NCBI GenBank assembly: GCA_963668175.1
Contig: OY764159.1
Location: forward strand, 3,936,001-4,000,000
Origin: Syntrophales bacterium
Lineage (GTDB): Bacteria; Desulfobacterota; Syntrophia; Syntrophales; PHBD01
Direction of reading: 5' to 3'
DNA length: 64,000 nt
The position numbers and the translations under genes are program-made. The notes under the pieces were generated by a model. The model was not told the DNA's origin. It searched no databases and saw nothing but the letters and a program-made list of their open reading frames with translations. Each line of letters begins with the position of its first letter. Position 1 is the first letter of the stretch. Below are positions 17,599-26,903 of the stretch, in pieces.

Positions 17599-18432
17599 CT
17601 AGAACAGTTTCAGAATCGACTGGGCGGCCTGAGATGCCAGACTCAGAGAGGTGATGCCAAGGGATTGACGGGTCTGCAGCATCAGCATGTTCGCCGATTC
17701 CTCGTTCATATCGGCCAGCGTGAGGTTATCGGAACCAGTCTGTTCGACATTGATGACGTTCGTCGTGAAAGTCTGCCGTGTCGTAACGACGTTAAGGTTT
17801 GACGCAAGGCTCGAAGCCTGGGTTCGTAAGTTCGTCGTTGCCGTCGTGAGGAACGTAAGGGCTGTTTCCATAACGGCATTGGTCGTCGTGGCCCAGTTTG
17901 AGATCTGGGCTGCGAAGCTCAAGCTCAGGTTGGCCAGGGTTCTCGCTTCAAAACCGGCGATATCGAGTTTGGCAGATCCGTCTTCGTTGAACTTAACGGT
18001 CAGCGTCGTCGTGGAGGCAAGGAGGTTCGTGCCCTTATAACTCGAGTCTTTAGCCAGGGATGTGATCTGACTCATGATCGTATCGAACTGCGTTGCGTAA
18101 GACGCTCTGGATGCCGTATCAGCCGTGGCAAGGGCCGAGTTGGCAATACCTTGCGCCTGCTGGATCAAAGTCAGGAGGCGATCAATACCTTCACTGGCCG
18201 CCTTGACTGTCTGGACAGCTTCCGACATACCGTCCTTTCTCAGGGAAAGGTCGCTGGCACGCTGCAAATGGGATTTGGATGCAAAATAGTTGACGGGGTC
18301 GTCGACGGCGGTGTTGACTTTCTTACCCGAGGCCAGTCTTGTTTGGGTTCGGTTCAAGAGGTCCAGGGTATCCTGTAGAGAAACCAGGTTGCTACGCATT
18401 CCGGTGGTTAACGAAATATCATTAACTGACAT
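17599..18432 (-). CDS. fliC: Flagellin, short alphaproteobacterial-like type
   Basis: ISLTTGMRSNLVSLQ, TQTRLASGKKVNTAVDDPVNYF, LTLADMNEESANMLMLQTRQSLG..SLSLASQAAQSILKLF. Confidence 0.95.
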   Translation of the reverse strand: MSVNDISLTTGMRSNLVSLQDTLDLLNRTQTRLASGKKVNTAVDDPVNYFASKSHLQRASDLSLRKDGMSEAVQTVKAASEGIDRLLTLIQQAQGIANSALATADTASRASYATQFDTIMSQITSLAKDSSYKGTNLLASTTTLTVKFNEDGSAKLDIAGFEARTLANLSLSFAAQISNWATTTNAVMETALTFLTTATTNLRTQASSLASNLNVVTTRQTFTTNVINVEQTGSDNLTLADMNEESANMLMLQTRQSLGITSLSLASQAAQSILKLF

Positions 18433-18584
18433 TGTATATCTCCTTTTCTAGGTTTTTATCCCTTGGTATTCTTCCAAAGGTCTTTGTTATATTAAATTAA
18501 ATGGTTACTTTAACTGCTGGATGTTACCGAAACTTCCTTACCGCTTACTCGATACACCTCCTTTCTTCAACGGCTTTATTACTG

Positions 18585-18611
18585 TTATCGGTTTTCCTGC
18601 GACAAACTTTA
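18585..18611 (-). promoter_or_regulatory. Sigma28 (FliA) promoter of flagellin
   Basis: TAAA-N15-ACCGATAA with extended TAAAGTTT. Confidence 0.85.
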
Positions 18612-18650
18612 GCATTTTCTTTGCTTAAGATTGATCTTTATCCCTTTTCC

Positions 18651-20123
18651 TCACTTAATATAATCCAGGATCGTCAAGCTGCCTATTTTGGAAGCAATCG
18701 TATAGGTGGCCTCCAGGGCCGTTTGCTTCATTTTATAATCTGCAATCATCGCGGTCATATCCGTGTCTTCGATGTTCGACTTCAAATCGGCGATTTTATT
18801 GGACAGAACAGTATAACTGTCTTTCCAGGTTTTCAGAGACTGCTCTTTGAAGCCGAGTTTGGTGATGATTGTATTGATATTGGTCTGATCGGATTGGAGA
18901 TTCGCGACATATTTATCGACTTCGGTCGTATTCCCGCTCAGGATCGCCTGTTTCAGGCTTTTGAGGTTGGTCAAGAGGTCTTCGTAGGCTGTGTCGCCGG
19001 GGACATTGCAGCTGATGGTTCTGCCTTGACCTATATCGATACTCAGACTATCGCTATTTCCGTGATAGAAACCCGGTGCTTTGGCATCGACGCTGAACAT
19101 GTCGTTAACGGCGAAGGTTCCCGCCGTGAAATTGAGGCTGACGCCGTTCGTCAGATTGACCGTTCCTCCGGCGGGCACGGTCCCTCCGGCCGTCCATGTC
19201 TTGCCGCTGTCCGTGGAATAACTATAGGTGGCAACCCCCAATCCCCCGGCCCCTGTGATCTTAACATTATAGGTCTTATTCGTACTGCCCGTATAGGGTC
19301 CCGTCCCTGAAGTGACGGTTCCGGCATAGGTATTGCCTGTAGCTGCAACAGCCGGTTCGATTGCGGCAGAGGTGAAAGCATGAACGGTGAATTGGTCCCC
19401 GGTCGTAAGCCCGGTCGTACCGTCGTTGATGAAGGTCAAATTCAGCCCCCCGTCTGCATCGGCACTGTCTGTAAGTTTAATCGTACCCGATACGGGAACG
19501 GTCGATGTAGTTCCCCATGTGGCACCGCCGTCCGACGAAATCCGGTATGTCGCCGTTCCCAAGGCACCCCCATTGACGATCTGCACCAGATAATCCTTGT
19601 CGGCATCCTCGGTAAAAACGCCCCCTGCCACCGTCCGGCCGTTAAAGGCGTGGCCTCCGGCGTCGATTGTGGGGTCCGTTACATCCGTAAACGGCTTGGT
19701 TCCGGTCATCGAACCTGAAAAAAGATAGCGATTGTCCAATTTTGAATTGGCACTGGCTATGATGGCCTCCATGATTTGCTGGACCGACTCGGCCAAGGCA
19801 GCATTCTCGCTGGCGCTGCCGTTTGTAAAGCCAGCGCCGATATTCGTCGCCTGGCTGACCAGATCGTTTACATCCTCCAGGCATGTTTCGGTCATCGACG
19901 CCCAGGTATTGGCGTTGGCGATATTGGTCTGATATTGCTCGATCGAAGACAGCGATGACCGATAGTTGAGAATCTTGCCCATGCCGACGGGATCGTCCGA
20001 CGGCCGGTTGACTTTCTTCTCGGAAGATATCTGTTCCAGGTCCTTGGCATTGGCCAGTTCGACCTTGATCAAGCTGCTCATGAGCATACTGAAGCGCATT
20101 TGTTCCGAGACACGTGTAATCAT
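18651..20123 (-). CDS. flgL: Hook-associated protein 3 FlgL
   Basis: KKVNRPSDDPVG, RYLFSG, EDTDM..LEATY..LTILDYI. Confidence 0.92.
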   Translation of the reverse strand: MITRVSEQMRFSMLMSSLIKVELANAKDLEQISSEKKVNRPSDDPVGMGKILNYRSSLSSIEQYQTNIANANTWASMTETCLEDVNDLVSQATNIGAGFTNGSASENAALAESVQQIMEAIIASANSKLDNRYLFSGSMTGTKPFTDVTDPTIDAGGHAFNGRTVAGGVFTEDADKDYLVQIVNGGALGTATYRISSDGGATWGTTSTVPVSGTIKLTDSADADGGLNLTFINDGTTGLTTGDQFTVHAFTSAAIEPAVAATGNTYAGTVTSGTGPYTGSTNKTYNVKITGAGGLGVATYSYSTDSGKTWTAGGTVPAGGTVNLTNGVSLNFTAGTFAVNDMFSVDAKAPGFYHGNSDSLSIDIGQGRTISCNVPGDTAYEDLLTNLKSLKQAILSGNTTEVDKYVANLQSDQTNINTIITKLGFKEQSLKTWKDSYTVLSNKIADLKSNIEDTDMTAMIADYKMKQTALEATYTIASKIGSLTILDYIK

Positions 20124-20141
20124 AGCTACTCTCTCCGCTAA

Positions 20142-21830
20142 TCACTGGATAATGTTCATCAAAGTGTCCATCATTTCATTAAGAACGGTACTTAATCTCG
20201 CTGCCGCCGTATAACCTTGCTGATATTTCGTCAGGGTCATCATCTCCTCGTCGAGGGAAACGCCGGATATCTGTTCCCGCTGGGTATTCATAGATGTGAG
20301 CAACGCCGTCTGGTGTGTGGAACTGCTGCTGGCCGTCGAAACATCCTGCCCCAGACCGCTTACGAAGGCGCTGTAGTATTCGCCCATGGTTGCGGTCCCG
20401 TTCATAACCGTCGTGTCGGCCCCCAGGGCGCTGATAAGCGCTGCGTTTTTACCGTCTGCATTGACGGTCGACGAGGCAGCAATCGTGGAAGGATCGTTGG
20501 ATATGGTTGAATTCACTACAAGATTGGCAGAAGAACTGTGTACTCTGACCAGGAACTGATCCCCCGCCGCAAAAGTTCCGGCCGTAAAGGACATTGTCGC
20601 ACCGGAACCCAATGTGATCGTGGCGGCCGTCGTCTGTGTTGCGCCCCAGGTCGTTCCACCATCGGTCGATATCTGGTAAGTCGCCGCCCCTATGGCGCCT
20701 CCGGCTACGATTCTGACAAGGTAATTGGTGGCGCTGTTGCCCGTATAGGTTCCTCCGGACGTGGCCGTACCGGCGTAGGTGTTCTGCCCATAGGCGTAAG
20801 GGGAATCGATCGCAATATTATTCGTCGCCGTGGCACCGGTGATCTGGAAAAAGTCGCCGCCGACATTCCCGTTGACGTCGTATCCCGCTTTGCTCTGCGT
20901 GTTGACGGTGTTAACCAGGCGCGTCGTCAGACTGTCCAGGCTGTCAAGATAACCCGCAATCGTCGAATCGCGCAACGTGAGGAGGGAACCAAGCGTGCCC
21001 TTGGTAACGGTATTGTTGATTACGGACGAGTCCGCCTGATAGACGATATCGTAATACCCGCTGTTGGTCGTATTGCCTTTTACGTCCAACAGATAAGTCT
21101 TTCCTCCTTCGACCAGCGGCTTTCCGTCGGCGAGGAAAATATTCATCTGCCCGGTACTGTCTTCCGTGAATTGAACATTGATTTGCTTGCTCAGATCCTC
21201 CATGAGGAGCATCCGCTGGTCCCGCAGATCGCTGGCGTTGCCGTTGTCCTGTTCCACAATGGCTATTTGACCATTCAAGTCGGCAATTTTCTTGATGTCG
21301 TCATTAACCGTGGTGATGGCTGTCTTTATATTGGCATTGGCATCCTGCTGAATGCTCTTCAGGCTCTTTGCCGTCTGGCTGATCGCAGTAGCGAGATTCT
21401 GACCGGCATCGGCAACGGCCTGTTGGTTGACGAGACTGGTCGGATCCTGCGACAAATTCGACCATGCATCCCAGAACTCTCCCAGCATGGAGCTGATTCC
21501 GGTGCCGGAGCTTTCGTTGATGATGGTTTCAATGTTATTCAGATAGGATGATGTGGTATCCGTAAAGCCGATGTTACTGTATTGGCCGATGATCTGTGCA
21601 TCGAGGTATATATTGGACATCCGCTGGATATCCGTCATCTTGACGCTGGTCTGGCCGACGTCGGCAGCCGTGGATCCCTTTACGGATGAGGGCGTGAACA
21701 TCGCCCGCAGTCGCGTATAGCCTTCCGTATCGACATTCGCGATATTCGAGCCCGTAACGTTGATAGCGGCCAGATTGGCCAGCAAAGCATCCTTGGCCGT
21801 GTTCCATGCACTGTTGATACCTGCAACCAT
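20142..21830 (-). CDS. flgK: Hook-associated protein 1 FlgK
   Basis: VTGSNIANVDTEGYTR, SGVSLDEEMMTLTKYQQGYTAAAR. Confidence 0.95.
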   Translation of the reverse strand: MVAGINSAWNTAKDALLANLAAINVTGSNIANVDTEGYTRLRAMFTPSSVKGSTAADVGQTSVKMTDIQRMSNIYLDAQIIGQYSNIGFTDTTSSYLNNIETIINESSGTGISSMLGEFWDAWSNLSQDPTSLVNQQAVADAGQNLATAISQTAKSLKSIQQDANANIKTAITTVNDDIKKIADLNGQIAIVEQDNGNASDLRDQRMLLMEDLSKQINVQFTEDSTGQMNIFLADGKPLVEGGKTYLLDVKGNTTNSGYYDIVYQADSSVINNTVTKGTLGSLLTLRDSTIAGYLDSLDSLTTRLVNTVNTQSKAGYDVNGNVGGDFFQITGATATNNIAIDSPYAYGQNTYAGTATSGGTYTGNSATNYLVRIVAGGAIGAATYQISTDGGTTWGATQTTAATITLGSGATMSFTAGTFAAGDQFLVRVHSSSANLVVNSTISNDPSTIAASSTVNADGKNAALISALGADTTVMNGTATMGEYYSAFVSGLGQDVSTASSSSTHQTALLTSMNTQREQISGVSLDEEMMTLTKYQQGYTAAARLSTVLNEMMDTLMNIIQ

Positions 21831-21833
21831 GAT

Positions 21834-22391
21834 TTATCCCTCCGCGTTCAGGAATCTTCCGTTCGGGTTCAGCGTCGCCATCTTGCCTTCGCCGGAGTAA
21901 GTATTGCCGGCAAAGATGATGCTGTGCAGGAAATTGATGGATCCGACGATGGATTGAAGCGATATGCTCATAAATTCCATATTGTTGCGGTTTGTTCGGT
22001 TGATATCCGCAACCAGCTTGCTAAGGATGGACTGGCAGGCCTTTAAGGCCCTTTTTCTTTCATCGTCGGCGTAGGTGCAAAGCAACGTCATATGGATGTC
22101 GTTGCCCGTATAGCCGACCATCCTGGCGATCTTTTTCGAGGTGTTCATCTTCACCTCTTCGAGCATTTTCGCCTTTAAAATAACCGTTTCCTTTTTCGTA
22201 TTGCTGGCAATCAGTTCATCGACGGAAGATTTCTTCAGAACGTCCTTCTCGGCCAGCACGGTCTCGCGCAATTCGCGATAAACATCGATTTCCTGACGGA
22301 GGGTCACCAACAGCGCATCGAAAAGCGCCGTCAGTTCCGTTTCCTGCCCGAGATTTTCGGTGTTCTGAATTTCTTGGCCTGCATTCAACAT
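21834..22391 (-). CDS. flgN: FlgN export chaperone
   Basis: Helical protein between flgM and flgK, with N..N..F and TY...G motifs; GAGGAG RBS before ATG 22391. Confidence 0.8.
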   Translation of the reverse strand: MLNAGQEIQNTENLGQETELTALFDALLVTLRQEIDVYRELRETVLAEKDVLKKSSVDELIASNTKKETVILKAKMLEEVKMNTSKKIARMVGYTGNDIHMTLLCTYADDERKRALKACQSILSKLVADINRTNRNNMEFMSISLQSIVGSINFLHSIIFAGNTYSGEGKMATLNPNGRFLNAEG

Positions 22392-22424
22392 ACGCTGCTC
22401 CTCACATGATTTTTGATCATGTAA

Positions 22425-22440
22425 TGAAAAACTCATGCCA
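22425..22440 (-). promoter_or_regulatory. Sigma54-like promoter with non-canonical -12 (flgN-flgK-flgL)
   Basis: TGGCAT-GAGTT-TTTCA; IHF-like TATCATTCTGTTA at 22489..22501. Confidence 0.5.
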
Positions 22441-22642
22441 ATCATGCAAAAATATGAGCGCCCTCAGCAAAGACAAATAATCATCTAATATCATTCTGTT
22501 ACAAATTTGTTTCTGTGGCCGCAAATCAAACTTCATGATCGTGCCCGTTAAACCTTATCCAAAAATACATGTAGATGGGAGAATTTTGCTGGCTGGAGAG
22601 AATAAGACGGCATATTTTGCCGGAAGGATTCGGTATCGACGG

Positions 22643-22942
22643 TTAAGCAAAAATGTCCAGCAGCGATTCACTCACCATCTTCTCCGCGATCTTCTCTCCG
22701 CTGACATTGTAGGTACCTTCGTTGATCTGTTTCTTGATTTGCTGAACCTTATCTTCCCGAACATCCGGAATGTTATCCAAGGCTTTTTTGATCTGATTGA
22801 AATCCTTAACATCGCTGGAAAGTTCAATCTTTTCGTTTTGCGGGAATGCACCGCCCGTCTTGGTCTCTTTTTTTATATTATCGGCAGTCCGGTAGGCATC
22901 GACCAGATTTGCAGTTGTTTCATTGGTATTGGAAACTTTCAT
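22643..22942 (-). CDS. flgM: Anti-sigma28 factor FlgM
   Basis: EKIELS, PDVREDKVQQIKKQINEGTYNVSGEKIAEKM; start MKVS with GGAG RBS. Confidence 0.92.
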   Translation of the reverse strand: MKVSNTNETTANLVDAYRTADNIKKETKTGGAFPQNEKIELSSDVKDFNQIKKALDNIPDVREDKVQQIKKQINEGTYNVSGEKIAEKMVSESLLDIFA

Positions 22943-22974
22943 GATTTGCTGTCTCCACATGGGATTTACTGATC

Positions 22975-23002
22975 TTATCGGCAAATCCGGCCCGTAACTT
23001 TA
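22975..23002 (-). promoter_or_regulatory. Sigma28 promoter of flgM
   Basis: TAAA-N16-GCCGATAA. Confidence 0.8.
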
Positions 23003-23015
23003 ATAAATATTTGTA

Positions 23016-23354
23016 TTACCGGACAGAACTGCCCGGATGCGACTTCGTGAACTGATCGTAGAGAACCTTCTGCAAACCCAGACCCTTATGGGTTCTGGCC
23101 ACATCGTCGGCGATCTGCCGGTCCATCAGCATATTGATTGTATCTCTCCCCGGATTGCTTTTCAGGAGGCCGCTCTGGGGGATGGTGTTACGCATTGTTT
23201 TAAGCATGTTATAAACCAGGAGAGATTCAAAATCGGCACAGGCTTTTTTCAGGCGTTTCTTTTCTTCTGCGCTTTTCTTATCGGACGCCTGTTCACGGGC
23301 CGTCCTGCCCGGCCCTGCATCCTGGTTTTGACTTACAGCATTGATTTCATTCAT
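23016..23354 (-). CDS. flgJ: FlgJ, rod-binding domain only (no muramidase)
   Basis: LKKACADFESLLVYNMLKTMR, GLGLQKVLYDQF; follows flgI. Confidence 0.88.
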   Translation of the reverse strand: MNEINAVSQNQDAGPGRTAREQASDKKSAEEKKRLKKACADFESLLVYNMLKTMRNTIPQSGLLKSNPGRDTINMLMDRQIADDVARTHKGLGLQKVLYDQFTKSHPGSSVR

Positions 23355-23366
23355 AATTAATAATTT

Positions 23367-24542
23367 TCAGATGACCCTTAAGTCCGCCTGCAGGGCCCCG
23401 GCGGCCTTGATGGTCTGCATGATCGTGATGAGATCGCGGGGCGTAACACCGATGGCGTTGAGGGCCCGCACGACGTCCTGGATCGTGACGCCCCTCGGGA
23501 CAAGCATCAACTGTCTTTTGGTCTCTTCCTGAGAAATGGTTGTCTCTTTCGTCACGACCGTTTGACCTCCCGGAGCGACAATGGTTTCATCCTGACCAGT
23601 AATCGGTGTTCTCCCCCGCGGAGGTCTCGGAGCGAACGGCAACGGCTGAGACACTTTCGATTCTTCCTTGATCTGGATACTCAAATTTCCATGGGAAACG
23701 GCAACGGTTGATATGCGGACATTTTCGCCCATCACGACCGTACCCGTCTTTTCGTTCATGACCACAACAGCCACCGAATCCACCGGACAGTCGAGATTCT
23801 CGATGACGGAAACCAGTTGGACAACGTTGCCGTTATACGGTTCCTTCACATGAACGACGATCGAGGATGAATCGATTAAATCGGCATCGATCCCGGACAC
23901 TGCTTTCCGAATGATCGAGGAAAGGCGGCTTGCCGTTGTGAAATCCGGCTGATTCAGATTGACGGTAAAAGAACGGAGACGGTCGAAGGCGTATTTCAGC
24001 TCTTTTTCGACAAAAGCCCCGCCGGCTATCCGGCCCACACTGGTATGGTTCACCGTGGACGTACCTGCCGCCCCTGCCGCCAGATAACCGCCGAGGATGA
24101 TATTCCCCTGAGCCACGGCATAAATCTCGCCATCGGCACCGCGAAGGGGGGTCATCAGCAACGTTCCCCCCTGGAGACTCTTGGCGTCGCCCAGAGAAGA
24201 AACGACCACGTCAATTTTAGATCCGATCTTCGCAAATGGAGGCAGAGAGGCCGTCACGATGACCGCCGCCGTATTGTTCGCTTTAAGGACCTTGTCTTTC
24301 ATCGCCAGGCCCTGCCTGCTCAACATATTGGCAATGGAGGCATCGGTGAAACCGTTCTTGATGTTGTCGCCTGTGCCGGCAAGACCGACGACGAGGCCGT
24401 AGCCGATTAATTGGTTGTCACGGACGCCGCTGATATTGGCTATGTCCTTGACCCGGGCTGCGTAGGCGCCGACCGGCACCAGCATCATGATACACGCGAA
24501 TGCCGCCGCAATCTTGATTATCCCATTCCTCTTCACAATCAT
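23367..24542 (-). CDS. flgI: P-ring protein FlgI
   Basis: ARVKDIA..GVRDNQLIGYGLVVGLAGTGD, GDAKSLQGGTLLMTPL, KAAGALQADL. Confidence 0.97.
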   Translation of the reverse strand: MIVKRNGIIKIAAAFACIMMLVPVGAYAARVKDIANISGVRDNQLIGYGLVVGLAGTGDNIKNGFTDASIANMLSRQGLAMKDKVLKANNTAAVIVTASLPPFAKIGSKIDVVVSSLGDAKSLQGGTLLMTPLRGADGEIYAVAQGNIILGGYLAAGAAGTSTVNHTSVGRIAGGAFVEKELKYAFDRLRSFTVNLNQPDFTTASRLSSIIRKAVSGIDADLIDSSSIVVHVKEPYNGNVVQLVSVIENLDCPVDSVAVVVMNEKTGTVVMGENVRISTVAVSHGNLSIQIKEESKVSQPLPFAPRPPRGRTPITGQDETIVAPGGQTVVTKETTISQEETKRQLMLVPRGVTIQDVVRALNAIGVTPRDLITIMQTIKAAGALQADLRVI

Positions 24543-24558
24543 TACCTCACTTCAGCAT

Positions 24559-25341
24559 TTAGAAGGGCCACACCCAGTCGATGATCCTGGTGAGCCAACC
24601 CGGTTTCATCTTGTCGTTGACCGTGCCCTGACCGGTATAGAAGATTTTCGCATCGGCGATGTACTTCGACTGTACCGTATTGTCGAAAGCGATATCGTCG
24701 GGCCTGATGATACCGGTGATGATCAGGTACTGATCCTCTGCATTCACGGTCACCTGCCTTTTGCCTTCGATGATCAGGTTGCCGTTATCCAGAACATGGA
24801 TAACCCTGGCCGTCATGCTCGCCTTCAACAACGTATCGCGGTTGGTATCCCCCTTGCCTGTCAGTTTGTTGACATTCGACCCGCCCATCTGCAGGCCGAG
24901 GTTATTGCTGCTGGCCAGGATGGCCGGATTAAGTCCCAGTACGCCCCGCAAACCGTCCGAAAGGGGATTTTTCAGATATGCTTCCAATACATCGGAGTTC
25001 AATCCCAAAAGGCTGTCTATCTTTGCCAGGGTATTCGAATTCTTTTCCGTTTCCGTTTTTGCCTTGTTCTGGCCTGTCGAAACCTCGGAAATGACGATGG
25101 TTACCAAGTCGTCGACGTATTTTGCCTTATTGTCCGTATAGAGCATATTGCTGTTTTTCGCTCCGTTCCAGATCGATCCGGCCGCCGGTTGTATCTTCGG
25201 TACCGGAGGCGCAACGACGACCTCCCTCTTGACCTCGGGCTGCGTCGCACAACCCGCAAAAACCAGAGCGAACAAGAGACCCAGTCCCGAATGCGTCAGG
25301 ACCGTCGTAAGCGAACTGCGGCGATTCCTATGTTGAAACAT
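24559..25341 (-). CDS. flgH: L-ring lipoprotein FlgH
   Basis: Lipobox FAGC, NGNLIIEG, GIIRPDDI, IADAKI, PGWLTRI..WPF. Confidence 0.95.
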   Translation of the reverse strand: MFQHRNRRSSLTTVLTHSGLGLLFALVFAGCATQPEVKREVVVAPPVPKIQPAAGSIWNGAKNSNMLYTDNKAKYVDDLVTIVISEVSTGQNKAKTETEKNSNTLAKIDSLLGLNSDVLEAYLKNPLSDGLRGVLGLNPAILASSNNLGLQMGGSNVNKLTGKGDTNRDTLLKASMTARVIHVLDNGNLIIEGKRQVTVNAEDQYLIITGIIRPDDIAFDNTVQSKYIADAKIFYTGQGTVNDKMKPGWLTRIIDWVWPF

Positions 25342-25352
25342 GACCCTGCTCC

Positions 25353-26093
25353 TCAAAATTCCACCCCGACAAGCGATTCTCCCAAAACCCTCGCGTAAAT
25401 CGTTTTTCGGGACGATATATTCTTGACCCTGATTATGGACCCCTGCATACCGTCTTCTTCCGACAGGCCCAAGGCTGCAATCTGCATAGGTCCCGTATCG
25501 AGGACGATCTTCACCATCTTCCCCCTCTTGACCATAACGGGCTCTTTCAGCATGTTACGGGTGATCTCCACATTCGGACGGATGGACATACCCATTCTCT
25601 TTCCTACAACCTCGCCCAGTTCCGAAACAACGTTCAACGGAATCTGCTTGAACCACTTTTTTACAAGCTGTACGTCTTCGATCTTGATGATCCGATCCCT
25701 GTTCAACACCTTTTCGCTGACGACGACTTCCCGGGCCACTTCCATGACGAGCCGGATCGGCTCCTCCCGGATCAGATAGCCGCGATTGTAGAATCGAATC
25801 GCAAACAGTCCGTCCCCGATGAACCCGTCGTTAAGTTTCGTTACGACCTCGTGGGTGATCCTGTCCCCGGTGATATCCAGAGCGTTGAGCTTCATTGGGT
25901 AAACGATTCGGAGTTCGCCTTTCGGCCAGGGCATATTGGCTTCGATGTGGCTCTGCATGATGGCCTTGATTTTGCCCTCATCGTACCGAACAGTCTCCGA
26001 AGCCTGGAGATTCGTACCGGCAAACAACACGGCCGCAACGATCAATGCCGGGATATGCCATCCGATCCATTTTTTAAGGCTGTAAACGGCCAT
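25353..26093 (-). CDS. flgA: P-ring chaperone FlgA
   Basis: SAF-like region, VKRGKMV, G..G..IRVKNISSRKTI; lies between flgG and flgH. Confidence 0.9.
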   Translation of the reverse strand: MAVYSLKKWIGWHIPALIVAAVLFAGTNLQASETVRYDEGKIKAIMQSHIEANMPWPKGELRIVYPMKLNALDITGDRITHEVVTKLNDGFIGDGLFAIRFYNRGYLIREEPIRLVMEVAREVVVSEKVLNRDRIIKIEDVQLVKKWFKQIPLNVVSELGEVVGKRMGMSIRPNVEITRNMLKEPVMVKRGKMVKIVLDTGPMQIAALGLSEEDGMQGSIIRVKNISSRKTIYARVLGESLVGVEF

Positions 26094-26098
26094 GAGAA

Positions 26099-26884
26099 TT
26101 ACCTCTTTAAATTGTTGATGATCGACAGCATATTATCCGCCGTCTGAATCGCTTTGGAATTGATCTCGTATGCCCGTTGCCCCGTGATCATTTTAACCAT
26201 TTCATCGATAACGCTGACATTCGACTGTTCCAGGTTATACTGGCTGACGGTGCCGCGCGAATCCGAATTCGGATATCCGACGACGGGATCTCCGGAACCG
26301 TCCGTTTTTCCGTAAAGGTTACGTCCCAGGCTGTTAAGACCTGACGGGTTGATGAACTGGGCGATTTCCAGACGTCCCGTACTGATGACTGTCCCCGTAC
26401 TGTCGGAGGCCGTCCAGGTCCCGTCCTTTTGGAGCGTAAACGTCACCGTCTTGGGATCAATGGTGATGGACGGTATGAGCTGCAGTCCGTCCTGATTCAC
26501 AACGAGGCCGTCTTTGTTGGGCCTGAAATTGCCGGCCCGGGTGTAAACGGTATTGCCGTTTCCGTCGTCGACCTGGAAGAATCCGTCTCCTTCGATGGCC
26601 CAGTCAAATTGATTGGCGGTGCCTACGTAATCGCCTTGGCTGAAGATCTTCTGGGTCCCGGCGGGCCTTGACCCCATGCCGATTTCCATGCCGGTGGGAA
26701 GCGCCGTGCCCGCCGCCGAGAGGGCGCCGGCCGTCGCATAGACCTGGTACATGAGATCCTGAAAATTCGCCCTCGATTTCTTGAAGCCGATCGTACTTAC
26801 ATTGGCGAGATTGTTCGCCACGACGTCCTGATCGATCTGCTGGGCTTGCATGCCCGTTGCCGCCGTCCACAGGGACCTTATCAT
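26099..26884 (-). CDS. flgG: Distal rod protein FlgG
   Basis: MIRSLWTAATGMQAQQ, ANNLANVST.GFKK, QRAYEINSKAIQTAD. Confidence 0.97.
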   Translation of the reverse strand: MIRSLWTAATGMQAQQIDQDVVANNLANVSTIGFKKSRANFQDLMYQVYATAGALSAAGTALPTGMEIGMGSRPAGTQKIFSQGDYVGTANQFDWAIEGDGFFQVDDGNGNTVYTRAGNFRPNKDGLVVNQDGLQLIPSITIDPKTVTFTLQKDGTWTASDSTGTVISTGRLEIAQFINPSGLNSLGRNLYGKTDGSGDPVVGYPNSDSRGTVSQYNLEQSNVSVIDEMVKMITGQRAYEINSKAIQTADNMLSIINNLKR

Positions 26885-26903
26885 GATACGCCTCCTTTTA
26901 CCT

